DNA from: Nymphaea colorata
Taxonomy: Eukaryota
Length of the DNA: 64,000 nucleotides
Direction: 5' to 3'
Assembly: GCF_008831285.2 (NCBI RefSeq)
Contig: NC_045138.2
Location: 14,136,001-14,200,000 of the forward strand
The first letter of the stretch is position 1; every line of letters begins with the position of its first letter. A model generated the notes under the pieces. It had not been told where the DNA came from and ran no database searches. It saw only the letters and a program-made list of their open reading frames with translations. Position numbers and translations under genes: made by a program. Shown here piece by piece: positions 12,201-27,500 of the stretch.

Positions 12201-14700
12201 TATAATAGAGATCTCCTTTTCCCAAACCATCCCTCATCAACTTCCTGGACCTATGATCCTAGACCTAACATTTATATGATGAGAAAACAAAATCAAAGCC
12301 ATAATCCAAGATTTGACAAACATCAAAGATAGTCACATAGTTAGTTGGAAGAATCACCAGAATTAGAAGTGATCGTAGCTCAAGTGGATAGGATAAGAGG
12401 TTCCATCGAGCGACATATGGATTAGAGGTCTAATCTGATTCGGTTTCAATGTGGGATTTGGACTTGGGCTGAGTCTAAATACATAATCCACATTTTCTCA
12501 TGATGTAGGGAGGCTTCTAATCATCCCAATGATCACCTTCAAAGGACAATGTAGTGGAAGCAGACGTTTGTCAAAAAGATAAAGGCTTCAACTTTAAATG
12601 TATGGATTGATTAAGTATGAAACCTTCCAACACTAGATCTTCTAGTACAGACTTTGAAGGTAATTTTCTTACATTGAGATGTCCTAATCTTCGATGACAA
12701 TGATTATATCACTCATTTTGACAACACTATAATAACATAAATTGTTCATATAATCTGCCATTTCCCAAATCGTCCCTAAACAACCTCCTAGTTCGTGATC
12801 CCAGACCTAAGATTTATTTTGAAACAAAACAACATCTTAGCCACAATACATGATTTGTCAGATGTCAAAGTCAATCAGACATGTTTTTGGATGAATGACT
12901 AGAATCAGATCGGATCGTAGATCAGGTGGATTGGATCAAAGGTTTCATCAAGGGGCACATGGATCAGAGGTCAAACCTGATCCGGTTTAGATGTTGGATT
13001 TTGACCTTGAGCTTGGCATCTAAATCAGAAGTCTAATATGACCCGGTTTAGATGTTTGGTTTGAGTTCTAAGTCTCAGGTCAAGATCAGAGGTCTAATCT
13101 GATCTGATTTAGATGTTGGATTTAGATTTTGGAAGTACGGTTTGGACAAAAGGTCTAATCTGATCAGTTTTAGACGTTGGATTTGGATGTTGGATCAATG
13201 GACTAGATCAGAGGTCTAATCTGATTCGGTTTTGACATTGGAGTGGGGTAACTTCTAGTCCTACTCTTTGATGCAAATGTTTATGTCAATCATCCTATCA
13301 ACACTATATAAGATATCGTTGGATGAGATAAAATTTTGATATAACAAACATCTCCTTTTCTAAAACCATTCCTATTCAACTTCTCATACCAGTGACCTTA
13401 CGCCCAACACTTGTTCGATGAGAAATCAATATAACAAATATGATCAAATATTCAGCAAACATCAAAGTTAACCAGATAGGTGATTTTGAATAATTAGTTT
13501 TAGATGTAACCGTAGATAAAGTACATAGGGTCAGAGGTTTGATCTAGTGGGATATGGATCAGATGTGAGATTTCAACTTTGAAACCGGCTTATGGCTCAG
13601 AAGTTTAGTCTAACCCAACGTAAATGTTGCATTTGAATTTTAAATCTCATGTCAAGATCAGAGGTCTAATCTGATCTAAGTTGTAGGTTAGATTTAGAAT
13701 TTAGATCTATGGTTTGGATCAGAGGTCTCACCTGATCGGTACAAGGTGTGGGATTTAGACTTTGGATCCATGGACTAGATCAGAGGTCTAACCTGATCTT
13801 GTTTAGATGTTGGATTTGGAATTCATGCCGAGTCTAGATACATAATCGACATTTTTTCAGGATGTACGGTGGCTTATAATCATCCCAATAAAAACGTTCA
13901 AAGGACATTGAAGTGAAAATGGATGTTTGTCAAAAAGATAAAGATTTCAACTTGTCATTATGCATTTCCAAAATATGAAACCTTCAACACAAAATCTTTT
14001 AATTGAGGCATTGAAGACAATTTTCTTAACTCGGGATCTCCTAACCTTTGGTACAAATGCTTATATCAATCATTTTGACAACACAATACAACATGCCGTT
14101 GGATAACATAAATTGTCCATATAATAGAGATCTCCTTTTCCCAAACCATCCCTCATCAACTTCCTGGACCTATGATCCTAGACCTAACATTTATATGATG
14201 AGAAAACAAAATCAAAGCCATAATCCAAGATTTGACAAACATCAAAGATAGTCACATAGTTAGTTGGAAGAATCACCAGAATTAGAAGTGATCGTAGCTC
14301 AAGTGGATAGGATAAGAGGTTCCATCGAGCGACATATGGATTAGAGGTCTAATCTGATTCGGTTTCAATGTGGGATTTGGACTTGGGCTGAGTCTAAATA
14401 CATAATCCACATTTTCTCATGATGTAGGGAGGCTTCTAATCATCCCAATGATCACCTTCAAAGGACAATGTAGTGGAAGCAGACGTTTGTCAAAAAGATA
14501 AAGGCTTCAAGTTTAAATGTATGGATTGATTAAGTATGAAACCTTCCAACACTAGATCTTCTAGTACAGACTTTGAAGGTAATTTTCTTACATTGAGATG
14601 TCCTAATCTTCGATGACAATGATTATATCACTCATTTTGACAACACTATAATAACATAAATTGTTCATATAATCTGCATCTCCATTTCCCAAACCATCGC
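9291..14700 (+). repeat. Subfamily II short monomers (1919 bp) carrying a ~160-bp deletion in body A
   Basis: Junction AACTTCTAGTCCTACTC at ~9420, ~11339 and ~13258 replaces the segment seen intact at 15181-15340. Confidence 0.9.
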
Positions 14701-17700
14701 TAATCAACCTCCTAGTTCGTGATCCCAGACCTAAGATTTATTTTGAAACAAAACAACATCTTAGCCACAATACATGATTTGTTAGATGTCAAAGTCAATC
14801 AGACATGTATGTGGATGAATGACTAGAATTAGATCGGATCGTAGATCAGGTGGATTGGATCAAAGGCCTCATCAAGTGGCATATGGATCAAAGGTCAAAC
14901 CTGATCCGGTTTAGATGTGGGATTTGGACCTTGAGCTTGACATCTAGATCAGAAGTCTAATATGACCCGGTTTAGATGTCGGGTTTGAGTTCTACGTCTC
15001 AGGTCAAGATCAGAGGTCTAATCTGATCTGATTTAGATGTTGGATTTAGATTTTGGAAGTACGGTTTGGATCAGAGGTCTAATCTGATCAGTTTTAGGTG
15101 TTGGATTTCGATGTTCGATCAATGGACTAGATCAAAGGTCTAATCTGATCCGTTTTGACGTTGGAGTGGGGTAACTTCTAATCATCCCAATAAACGAGTT
15201 CAAAGGACATTATACAGAAAATGGATATCTATAATAAATATAATGATTTCAATTTTCCATGTATGCATTTATTATATATGAAATCTTCAACACAAGGTCT
15301 TTCAGTGGCAACATTAAATCTAATTTTCCAACATTGAGATGTCCTACTCTTTGACGCAATTGTTTATGTCAATCATCCTATCAACACTATATAAGATATC
15401 GTTGGATAAGATAAAATTTTGATATAACAAACATCTCCTTTTCTAAAACCATTCCTAATCAACTTCTCATACCAGTGACCTTACGCCCAACACTTGTTCG
15501 ATGAGAAATCAATATAACAAATATGATCAAATATTCAGAAAACATCAAAGTTAACCAGATAGGTGATTTTGAATAATTAGTTTTAGATGTAACCGTAGAT
15601 AAAGTACATAGGGTCAGAGGTTTGATCTAGTGGGATATGGATCAGATGTGAGATTTCAACTTTGAAACCGGCTTATGGCTCAGAAGTCTAATCTGACCCA
15701 ACGTAAATGTTGCATTTGAATTTTAAATCTCATGTCAAGATCAGAGGTCTAATCTGATCTAAGTTGTAGGTTAGATTTAGAATTTAGATCTATGGTTTGG
15801 ATCAGAGGTCTCACCTGATCGGTACAAGGTGTGGGATTTAGACTTTGGATCCATGGACTAGATCAGAGGTCTAACCTGATCTTGTTTAGATGTTGGATTT
15901 GGAATTCATGTCGAGTCTAGATACATAATCGACATTTTTTCAGGATGTACGGTGGCTTATAATCATCCCAATAAAAACGTTCAAAGGACATTGAAGTGAA
16001 AATGGATGTTTGTCAAAAAGATAAAGATTTCAACTTGTCATTATGCATTTCCAAAATATGAAACCTTCAACACATAATCTTTTAATTGAGGCATTGAAGA
16101 CAATTTTCTTAACTCGGGATCTCCAAACCTTTGGTACAAATGCTTATATCAATCATTTTGACAACACAATACAACATGCCGTTGGATAACATAAATTGTC
16201 CATATAATAGAGATCTCCTTTTCCCAAACCATCCCTCATCAACTTCATGGACCTATGCTCCTAGACCTAACATTTATATGATGAGAAAACAAAATCAAAG
16301 ACATAATCCAAGATTTGACAAACATCAAAGATAGTCAGATAGTTAGTTGGAAGAATCGCCAGAATTAGAAGTGATCGTAGCTCAAGTGGATAGGATAAGA
16401 GGTTCCATCGAGCGACATATGGATCAGAGGTCTAATCTGATCCGGTTTCAATGTTGGATTTGGACTTGGGCAGAGTCTAAATACATAATCCACATTTTCT
16501 CATGATGTAGGGAGGCTTCTAATCATCCCAATGATCACCTTCAAAGGACAATGTAGTGGAAGCAGACGTTTGTCAAAAAGATAAAGGTTTCAACTTTAAA
16601 TGTATGGATTGATTAAGTATGAAACCTTCCAACACTAGATCTTCTAGTACAGACTTTGAAGGTAATTTTCTTACATTGAGATGTCCTAATCTTCGATGCA
16701 AATGATTATATCACTCATTTTGACAACACTAAAATAACATAAATTGTCCATATAATCTGCATCTCCATTTCCCAAACCATCCCTAAACAACCTCCTAGTT
16801 CGTGATCCCAGACCTAAGATTTATTTTGAAACAAAATAACATCTTAGCCACAATACATGATTTGTCAGATGTCAAAGTCAATCAGACATGTATTTGGATG
16901 AATGACTAGAATTAGATCGGATCGTAGATCAGGTGGATTGGATCAAAGGTTTCATCAAGGGGCACATGGATCAGAGGTCAAACCTGATCCGGTTTAGATG
17001 TTGGAGTTGGACCTTGAGCTTGGCATCTAGATCAGAAGTCTAATATGACCCGGTTTAGATGTTGGATTTGAGTTCTAAGTCTCAGGTCAAGATCAGAGGT
17101 CTAATCTGATCTGATTTAGATGTTGGATTTAGATTTTGGAAGTACAGTTTGGACCAGAGGTCTAATCTGATCAGTTTAAGGTGTTGGATTTAGATGTTGG
17201 ATCAATGGACTAGATCAAAGGTCTAATCTGTTCCGATTTTGACGTTGTTGTGGGTAACTTCTAATCATCCCAATAAACAAGTTCAAAGGACATTATACAG
17301 AAAATGGATATCTATAATAAATATAATGATTTCAATTTTCCATGTATGCATTTATTATATATGAAATCTTCAACACAAGGTCTTTCAGTGGCAACATTAA
17401 ATCTAATTTTCCAACATTGAGATGTCCTACTCTTTGACGCAATTGTTTATGTCAATCATCCTATCAACACTATATAAGATATCGTTGGATAAGATAAACT
17501 TTTGATATAACAAACATCTCCTTTTCTAAAACCATTCCTAATCAACTTCTCAGACCAGTGACCTTACGCCCAACACTTGTTTGATGAGAAATCAATATAA
17601 TAAATATGATCAAATATTCAGCAAACATCAAAGTTAACCAGATAGGTGATTTTGAATAATTAGATTTAGATGTAACCATAGATAAAGCACATAGGGTCAG

Positions 17701-20700
17701 AGGTTTGATCTAGTGGGATATGGATCAGATGTGAGATTTCAACTTTGAAACCGGCTTATGGCTCAGAAGTCTAATCTGACCCAACGTAAATGTTGCATTT
17801 GAATTTTAAATCTCATGTCAAGATCAGAGGTCTAATCTGATCTAAGTTGTAGGTTAGATTTAAAATTTAGATCTATGGTTTGGATCATAGGTCTCACCTG
17901 ATCGGTACAAGGTGTGGGATTTAGACTTTGGATCCATGGACTAGATCAGAGGTCTAACCTGATCTTGTTTAGATGTTGGATTTGGAATTCATGCCGAGTC
18001 TAGATACATAATCGACATTTTTTCAGGATGTACGGTGGCTTATAATCATCCCAATAAAAACGTTCAAAGGACATTGAAGTGAAAATGGATGTTTGTCAAA
18101 AAGATAAAGATTTCAACTTGTCATTATGCATTTCCAAATATGAAACCTTCAACACAAAATCTTTTAATTGAGGCATTGAAGACAATTTTCTTAACTCGGG
18201 ATCTCCTAACCTTTGGTACAAATGCTTATATCAATCATTTTGACAACACAATACAACATGCCGTTGGATAACATAAATTGTCCATATAATAGAGATCTCC
18301 TTTCCCAAACCATCCCTCATCAACTTCCTGGACCTATGATCCTAGACCTAACATTTATATGATGAGAAAACAAAATCAAAGCCATAATCCAAGATTTGAC
18401 AAACATCAAAGATAGTCAGATAGTTAGTTGGAAGAATCACCAGAATTAGAAGTGATCGTAGCTCAAGTGGATAGGATAAGAGGTTCCATCGAGCGACATA
18501 TGGATCAGAGGTCTAATCTGATCCGGTTTCAATGTTGGATTTGGACTTGGGCAGAGTCTAAATACATAATCCACATTTTCTCATGATGTAGGGAGGCTTC
18601 TAATCATCCCAATGATCACCTTCAAAGGACAATGTAGTGGAAGCAGACGTTTGTCAAAAGATAAAGGTTTCAACTTTAAATGTATGGATTGATTAAGTAT
18701 GAAACCTTCCAACACTAGATCTTCTAGTACAGACTTTGAAGGTAATTTTCTTACATTGAGATGTCCTAATCTTCGATGCAAATGATTATATCACTCATTT
18801 TGACAACACTAAAATAACATAAATTGTCCATATAATCTGCATCTCCATTTCCCAAACCATCCCTAAACAACCTCCTAGTTCGTGATCCCAGACCTAAGAT
18901 TTATTTGAAACAAAATAACATCTTAGCCACAATACATGATTTGTCAGATGTCAAAGTCAATCAGACATGTATTTGGATGAATGACTAGAATTAGATCGGA
19001 TCGTAGATCAGGTGGATTGGATCAAAGGTTTCATCAAGGGGCACATGGATCAGAGGTCAAACCTGATCCGGTTTAGATGTTGGAGTTGGACCTTGAGCTT
19101 GGCATCTAGATCAGAAGTCTAATATGACCCGGTTTAGATGTTGGATTTGAGTTCTAAGTCTCAGGTCAAGATGAGAGGTCTAATCTGATCTGATTTAGAT
19201 GTTGGATTTAGATTTTGGAAGTACAGTTTGGACCAGAGGTCTAATCTGATCAGTTTAAGGTGTTGGATTTAGATGTTGGATCAATGGACTAGATCAAAGG
19301 TCTAATCTGTTGTTCCGATTTTGACGTTGTTGTGGGGTAACTTCTAATCATCCCAATAAACAAGTTCAAAGGACATTATACAGAAAATGGATATCTATAA
19401 TAAATATAACGATTTCAATTTTCCATGTATGCATTTATTATATATGAAATCTTCAACACAAGGTCTTTCAGTGGCAACATTAAATCTAATTTTCCAACAT
19501 TGAGATGTCCTACTCTTTGACGCAATTGTTTATGTCAATCATCCTATCAACACTATATAAGATATCGTTGGATAAGATAAACTTTTGATATAACAAACAT
19601 CTCCTTTTCTAAAACCATTCCTAATCAACTTCTCAGACCAGTGACCTTACGCCCAACACTTGTTTGATGAGAAATCAATATAATAAATATGATCAATATT
19701 CAGCAAACATCAAAGTTAACCAGATAGGTGATTTTGAATAATTAGATTTAGATGTAACCATAGATAAAGCACATAGGGTCAGAGGTTTGATCTAGTGGAT
19801 ATGGATCAGATGTGAGATTTCAACTTTGAAACCGGCTTATGGCTCAGAAGTCTAATCTGACCCAACGTAAATGTTGCATTTGAATTTTAAATCTCATGTC
19901 AAGATCAGAGGTCTAATCTGATCTAAGTTGTAGGTTAGATTTAAAATTTAGATCTATGGTTTGGATCATAGGTCTCATCTGATCGGTACAAGGTGTGGGA
20001 TTTAGACTTTGGATCCATGGACTAGATCAGAGGTCTAACCTGATCTGGTTTAGATGTTGGATTTGGAATTCAAGTGAGTCTAGATACGTAATCCACATTT
20101 TTTGGGATGTAGGCTGGCATATAATCATCCCAATAAAAACGTTCAAAGACATTGAAGTGAAAATGGATGTTTGTCAAAAGGATAAGATTTAAACTTGTCA
20201 TTATGCATTTCAAAATATGAAACCTTCAACACATAATCTTTTAATTGAGGATTGACATTAAGACAATTTCTGTAACTCGGGATCTCCAAACTTGGTACAA
20301 TGCTTATATCAATCATTTTGACAACCAATACAACATGCCGTTGGAATACATAAATTGTCCATATAATAGGAGATCTCCTTTTCCCAAACCATCCCTCATC
20401 AACTTCATGGACCTATGCTCCTAGACCTAACATTTATATGATGAGAAAACAAATCAAAGACATATCCAAGATTTGACAAACATCAAAGATAGTCAGATAG
20501 TTAGTTGGAAGAATCGCCAGAATTAGAAGTGATCGTAGCTCAAGTGGGATAGGATAAGAGGTTCCATCGAGCGACATATGGATCAGAGGTCTAATCTGAT
20601 CCGGTTTCATGTTGGATTTGACTTGGGTAGAGTCTAAATACATAATCCACATTTTCTCATGATGTAGGGAGGCTTCTAATCTCCAATGATCACCTTCAAA

Positions 20701-22333
20701 GGACATGTAGTGGAAGCAGACGTTTGTTCAAAAAGATAAAGGTTTCAACTTTAAATGTATGGATTGATTAAGTATGAACCTTCCAACACTAGATCTTCCA
20801 GTACAGACTTTGAAGGTAATTTCTTACATTGAGATGTCCTAATCTTCGATGCAAATGATTATATCACTCATTTTGACAACACTAAATAACATAAATTGTC
20901 CATATAATCTGCATTCCATTTCCCAAACCATCCCTAAACAACCTCCTAGTTCGTGATCCCAGACCTAAGATTTATTTTGAAACAAAATAACATCTTAGCC
21001 ACAATACATGATTTGTCAGATGTCAAAGTCAATCAGACATGTATTTGGATGAATGAACTAGAATAGATCGGATCGTAGATCAGGTGGATTGGATCAAAGG
21101 TTTCATCAAGGGGCAATGGATCAGAAGTCAACCTGATCCGGTTTAGATGTTGGAGTTGGACCTTGAGCTTGGCATCTAGATCAGAAGTCTAATATGACCG
21201 GGTTTAGATGTTGGATTTGAGTTCTAAGTCTCAGGTCAAGATCAGAGTCTAATCTGATCTGATTTAGATGTTGGATTTAGATTTTGGAAGTACAGTTTGG
21301 ACAGAGGTCTAATCTGATCAGTTTAAGGTGTTGGATTTAGATGTTGGATCAATGGACTAGATCAAGGTCTAATTGTTCCGATTTTGACGTTGTTGTGGGT
21401 AACTTCTAATCATCCCAATAAACAAGTTCAAAGGACATTATACAGAAAATGGATATCTATAATAAATATAATGATTTCAATTTTCCATGTATGCATTTAT
21501 TATATATGAAATCTTCAACACAAGGTCTTTCAGTGGCAACATTAAATCTAATTTTCCAACATTGAGATGTCCTACTCTTTGACGCAATTGTTTATTTCAA
21601 TCATCCTATCAACACTATATAAGATATCGTTGGATAAGATAAACTTTTGATATAACAAACATCTCCTTTTCTAAAACCATTCCTAATCAACTTCTCAGAC
21701 CAGTGACCTTATGCCCCAACACTTGTTTGATGAGAAATCAATATAACAAATATGATCAAATATTCAGCAACATCAAAGTTAACCAGATAGGTGATTTTGA
21801 ATAATTAGATTTAGATGTACCGATAAAGTACATAGGGTCAGAGGTTTGATCTAAGTGGATATGGATCAGATGTGAGATTTCAACTTTGAAACCGGCTTAT
21901 GGCTCAGAAGTCTAATCTGACCCAACGTAAAGTTGCATTTGAATTTTAAATCTCATGTCAAGATCAGAGGTCTAATCTGATCTAAGTTGTATTAGATTTA
22001 AAATTTAGATCTATGGTTTGGATCATAGGTCTCATCTGATCGGTACAAGGTGTGGGATTTAGACTTTGGATCCATGGACTAGATCAGAGGTCTAACCTGA
22101 TCTGTTTAGATGTTGGATTTGGAATTCAAGTTGAGTCTAGATACGTAATCCACATTTTTTTGGATGTAGGCTGGCATATAATCATCCCAATAAAAACGTT
22201 CAAAGGACATTGAAGTGAAAATGGATGTTTGTCAAAAGGATAAAGATTTAAACTTGTCATTATGCATTTCCAAAATATGAAACCTTCAACACATAATCTT
22301 TTAATTGAGGCATTGAAGACAATTTTCTTAACT

Positions 22334-22433
22334 NNNNNNNNNNNNNNNNNNNNNNNNNNNNNNNNNNNNNNNNNNNNNNNNNNNNNNNNNNNNNNNNNNN
22401 NNNNNNNNNNNNNNNNNNNNNNNNNNNNNNNNN
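22334..22433. other. Assembly gap (100 N placeholder)
   Basis: Run of exactly 100 n. Confidence 0.99.
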
Positions 22434-24524
22434 CTCATCCAACGATATCTTATATAGTGTTGATAGGAATGATTGACATAAACATTTGCATCAAAGAGTA
22501 GGACTAGAAGTTACCCCACTCCAATGTCAAAACCGAATCAGATTAGACCTCTGATCTAGTCCATTGATCCAACATCCAAATCCAACGTCTAAAACTGATT
22601 CAGATTAGACCTTTTGTCCAAACCGTACTTCCAAAATCTAAATCCAACATCTAAATCAGATCAGATTAGACCTCTGATCTTGACCTGAGACTTAGAACTC
22701 AAACCAAACATCTAAACCGGGTCATATTAGACTTCTGATCTAGATGCCAGCTCAAGGTTCAAAATCCAACATCTAAACCGATCAGGTTTGACCTCTGATC
22801 CATGTTGCCCCTTGATGAAACCTTTGATCCAATCCACCTGATCTACGATCCGATCTGATTTCTAGTCATTCATCCAAATACATGTCTGATTGACTTTGAC
22901 ATCTGACAAATCATGTATTGTGGCTAAGATGTTGTTTTGTTTCAAAATAAATCTTAGGTCTGGGATCACGAACTAGGAGGTTGTTTAGGGACGGTTTGGG
23001 AAATGGCAGATTATATGAACAATTTATGTTATTATAGTGTTGTCAAAATGAGTGATATAATCATTTGCATCGAAGATTAGGACATCTCAATGTAAGAAAT
23101 TACCTTCAAAGTCTGTACTAGAAGATCTAGTGTTGGAAGGTTTCATACTTAATCAATCCATACATTTAAAGTTGAAACCTTTATCTTTTTGACAAACGTC
23201 TGCTTCCACTACATTGTCCTTTGAAGGTGATCATTGGGATGATTAGAAGCCTCCCTACATCATGAGAAAATGTGGATTATGTATTTAGACTCTGCCCAAG
23301 TCCAAATCCAACATTGAAACCGGATCAGATTAGACCTCTGATCCATATGTCGCTCGATGGAACCTCTTATCCTATCCACTTGAGCTACGATCACTTCTAA
23401 TTCTGGCGATTCTTCCAACTAACTATCTGACTATCTTTGATGTTTGTCAAATCTTGGATTATGTCTTTGATTTTGTTTTCTCATCATATAAATGTTAGGT
23501 CTAGGAGCATAGTCCATGAAGTTGATGAGGGATGGTTGGGAAAAGGAGATCTCTATTATATGGACAATTTATGTTATCCAACGGCATGTTGTATTGTGTT
23601 GTCAAAATGATTGATATAGCATTTGTACCAAAGGTTAGGAGATCCCGAGTTAAGAAAATTGTCTTCAATGCCTCAATTAAAAGATTTTGTGTTGAAGGTT
23701 TCATATTTGGAAATGCATAATGACAAGTTGAAATCTTTATCTTTTTGACAAACATCCATTTTCACTTCAATGTCCTTTGAACGTTTTTATTGGGATGATT
23801 ATAAGCCACCGTACATCCTGAAAAATGTCGATTATGTATCTAGACTCGGCATGAATTCCAAATCCACATCTAAACAAGATCAGGTTAGACCTCTGATCTA
23901 GTCCATGGATCCAAAGTCTAAATCCCACACCTTGTACCGATCAGGTGAGACCTCTGATCCAAACCATAGATCTAATTCTAAATCTAACCTACAACTTAGA
24001 TCAGATTAGACCTCTGATCTTGACATGAGATTTAAAATTCAAATGCAACATTTACGTTGGGTCAGATTAGACTTCTGAGCCATAAGCCGGTTTCAAAGTT
24101 GAAATCTCACATCTGATCCATATCCCACTAGATCAAACCTCTGACCCTATGTACTTTATCTACGGTTACATCTAAAACTAATTATTCAAAATCACCTATC
24201 TGGTTAACTTTGATTGTTTGGCTGAATATTTGATCATATTTGTTATATTGATTTCTCATCGAACAAGTGTTGGGCGTAAGGTCACTGGTATGAGAAGTTG
24301 ATTAGGAATGGTTTTAGAAAAGGAGATGTTTGTTATATCAAAATTTTATCTTATCCAACGATATCTTATATAGTGTTGATAGGATGATTGACATAAACAT
24401 TTGCATCAAAGAGTAGACTAGAAGTTACCCCACTCCAATGTCAAAACCGAATCAGATTAGACCTCTGAACTAGTCCATTGATCCAACATCCAAATCCAAC
24501 GTCTAAAACTGATCAGATTAGACC
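22434..24524 (-). repeat. Inverted macrosatellite segment (reverse complement of ~9314-11408)
   Basis: Repeat motifs appear reverse-complemented. The private SNP GGACTAGTTCAGAGG seen at ~9362-9376 appears as CCTCTGAACTAGTCC at ~24462-24476. Confidence 0.93.
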
Positions 24525-27500
24525 TTGGAGTGGGGTAACTTCTAGTCCTACTCTTTGATGCAAATGTTTATGTCAATCATCCTATCAACACTATATAAGA
24601 TATCGTTGGATAAGATAAAATTTTGATATAACAACATCTCCTTTTCTAAAACCATTCCTAATCAACTTCTCATACCAGTGACCTTACGCCCAACACTTGT
24701 TCGATGAGAAATCAATATAACAAATATGATCAATATTCAGCAAACATCAAAGTTAACCAGATAGGTGATTTTGAATAATTAGTTTTAGATGTAACCGTAG
24801 ATAAAGTACATAGGGTCAGAGGTTTGATCTAGTGGGATATGGATCAGATGTGAGATTTCAACTTTGAAACCGGCTTATGGCTCAGAAGTCTAATCTGACC
24901 CAACGTAAATGTTGCATTTGAATTTTAAATCTCATGTCAAGATCAGAGGTCTAATCTGATCTAAGTTGTAGGTTAGATTTAGAATTTAGATCTATGGTTT
25001 GGATCAGAGGTCTCACCTGATCGGTACAAGGTGTGGGATTAGACTTTGGATCCATGGACTAGATCAGAGGTCTAACCTGATCTTGTTTAGATGTTGGATT
25101 TGGAATTCATGCCGAGTCTAGATACATAATCGACATTTTTCAGGATGTACGGTGGCTTATAATCATCCCAATAAAAACGTTCAAAGGACATTGAAGTGAA
25201 AATGGATGTTTGTCAAAAAGATAAAGATTTCAACTTGTCATTATGCATTTCCAAAATATGAAACCTTCAACACAAAATCTTTTAATTGAGGCATTGAAGA
25301 CAATTTTCTTAACTCGGGATCTCCTAACCTTTGGTACAAATGCTTATATCAATCATTTGACAACACAATACAACATGCCGTTGGATAACATAAATTGTCC
25401 ATATAATAGAGATCTCCTTTTCCCAAACCATCCCTCATCAACTTCATGGACCTATGCTCCTAGACCTAACATTTATATGATGAGAAAACAAAATCAAAGA
25501 CATAATCCAAGATTGACAAACATCAAAGATAGTCAGATAGTTAGTTGGAAGAATCGCCAGAATTAGAAGTGATCGTAGCTCAAGTGGATAGGATAAGAGG
25601 TTCCATCGAGCGACATATGGATCAGAGGTCTAATCTGATCCGGTTTCAATGTTGGATTTGGACTTGGGCAGAGTCTAAATACATAATCCACATTTTCTCA
25701 TGATGTAGGGAGGCTTCTAATCATCCCAATGATCACCTTCAAAGGACAATGTAGTGGAAGCAGACGTTTGTCAAAAAGATAAAGGTTTCAACTTTAAATG
25801 TATGGATTGATTAAGTATGAAACCTTCCAACACTAGATCTTCTAGTACAGACTTTGAAGGTAATTTTCTTACATTGAGATGTCCTAATCTTCGATGCAAA
25901 TGATTATATCACTCATTTTGACAACACTATAATAACATAAATTGTTCATATAATCTGCCATTTCCCAAACCGTCCCTAAACAACCTCCTAGTTCGTGATC
26001 CCAGACCTAAGATTTATTTTGAAACAAAACAACATCTTAGCCACAATACATGATTTGTCAGATGTCAAAGTCAATCAGACATGTATTTGGATGAATGACT
26101 AGAATCAGATCGGATCGTAGATCAGGTGGATTGGATCAAAGGTTTCATCAAGGGGCACATGGATCAGAGGTCAAACCTGATCCGGTTTAGATGTTGGATT
26201 TTGACCTTGAGCTTGGCATCTAGATCAGAAGTCTAATATGACCCGGTTTAGATGTTTGGTTTGAGTTCTAAGTCTCAGGTCAAGATCAGAGGTCTAATCT
26301 GATCTGATTTAGATGTTGGATTTAGATTTTGGAAGTACGGTTTGGACAAAAGGTCTAATCTGATCAGTTTTAGACGTTGGATTTGGATGTTGGATCAATG
26401 GACTAGATCAGAGGTCTAATCTGATTCGGTTTTGACATTTGGAGTGGGGTAACTTCTAGTCCTACTCTTTGATGCAAATGTTTATGTCAATCATCCTATC
26501 AACACTATATAAGATATCGTTGGATGAGATAAAATTTGATATAACAAACATCTCCTTTTCTAAAACCATTCCTAATCAACTTCTCATACCAGTGACCTTA
26601 CGCCCAACACTTGTTCGATGAGAAATCAATATAACAAATATGATCAATATTCAGCAAACATCAAAGTTAACCAGATAGGTGATTTTGAATAATTAGTTTT
26701 AGATGTAACCGTAGATAAAGTACATAGGGTCAGAGGTTTGATCTAGTGGGATATGGATCAGATGTGAGATTTCAACTTTGAAACCGGCTTATGGCTCAGA
26801 AGTTAATCTAACCCAACGTAAATGTTGCATTTGAATTTTAAATCTCATGTCAAGATCAGAGGTCTAATCTGATCTAAGTTGTAGGTTAGATTTAGAATTT
26901 AGATCTATGGTTTGGATCAAGGTCTCATCTGATCGGTACAAGGTGTGAGATTTAGACTTTGGATCCATGGACTAGATCAGAGGTCTAACCTGATCTTGTT
27001 TAGATGTTGGATTTGGAATTCATGCCGAGTCTAGATACATAATCGACATTTTTTCAGGATGTACGGTGGCTTATAATCATCCCAATAAAAACGTTCAAAG
27101 GACATTGAAGTGAAAATGGATGTTTGTCAAAAAGATAAAGATTTCACTTGTCATTATGCATTTCCAAAATATGAAACCTTCAACACAAAATCTTTTAATT
27201 GAGGCATTGAAGACAATTTTCTTAACTCGGATCTCCTAACCTTTGGTACAAATGCTTATATCAATCATTTTGACAACACAATACAACATGCCGTTGGAAA
27301 CATAAATTGTCCATATAATAGAGATCTCCTTTTCCCAAACCATCCCTCATCAACTTCCTGGACCTATGATCCTAGACCTAACATTATATGATGAGAAAAC
27401 AAATCAAAGCCATAATCCAAGATTTGACAAACATCAAAGATAGTCACATAGTTAGTTGGAAGAATCACCAGAATTAGAAGTGATCGTAGCTCAAGTGGAT

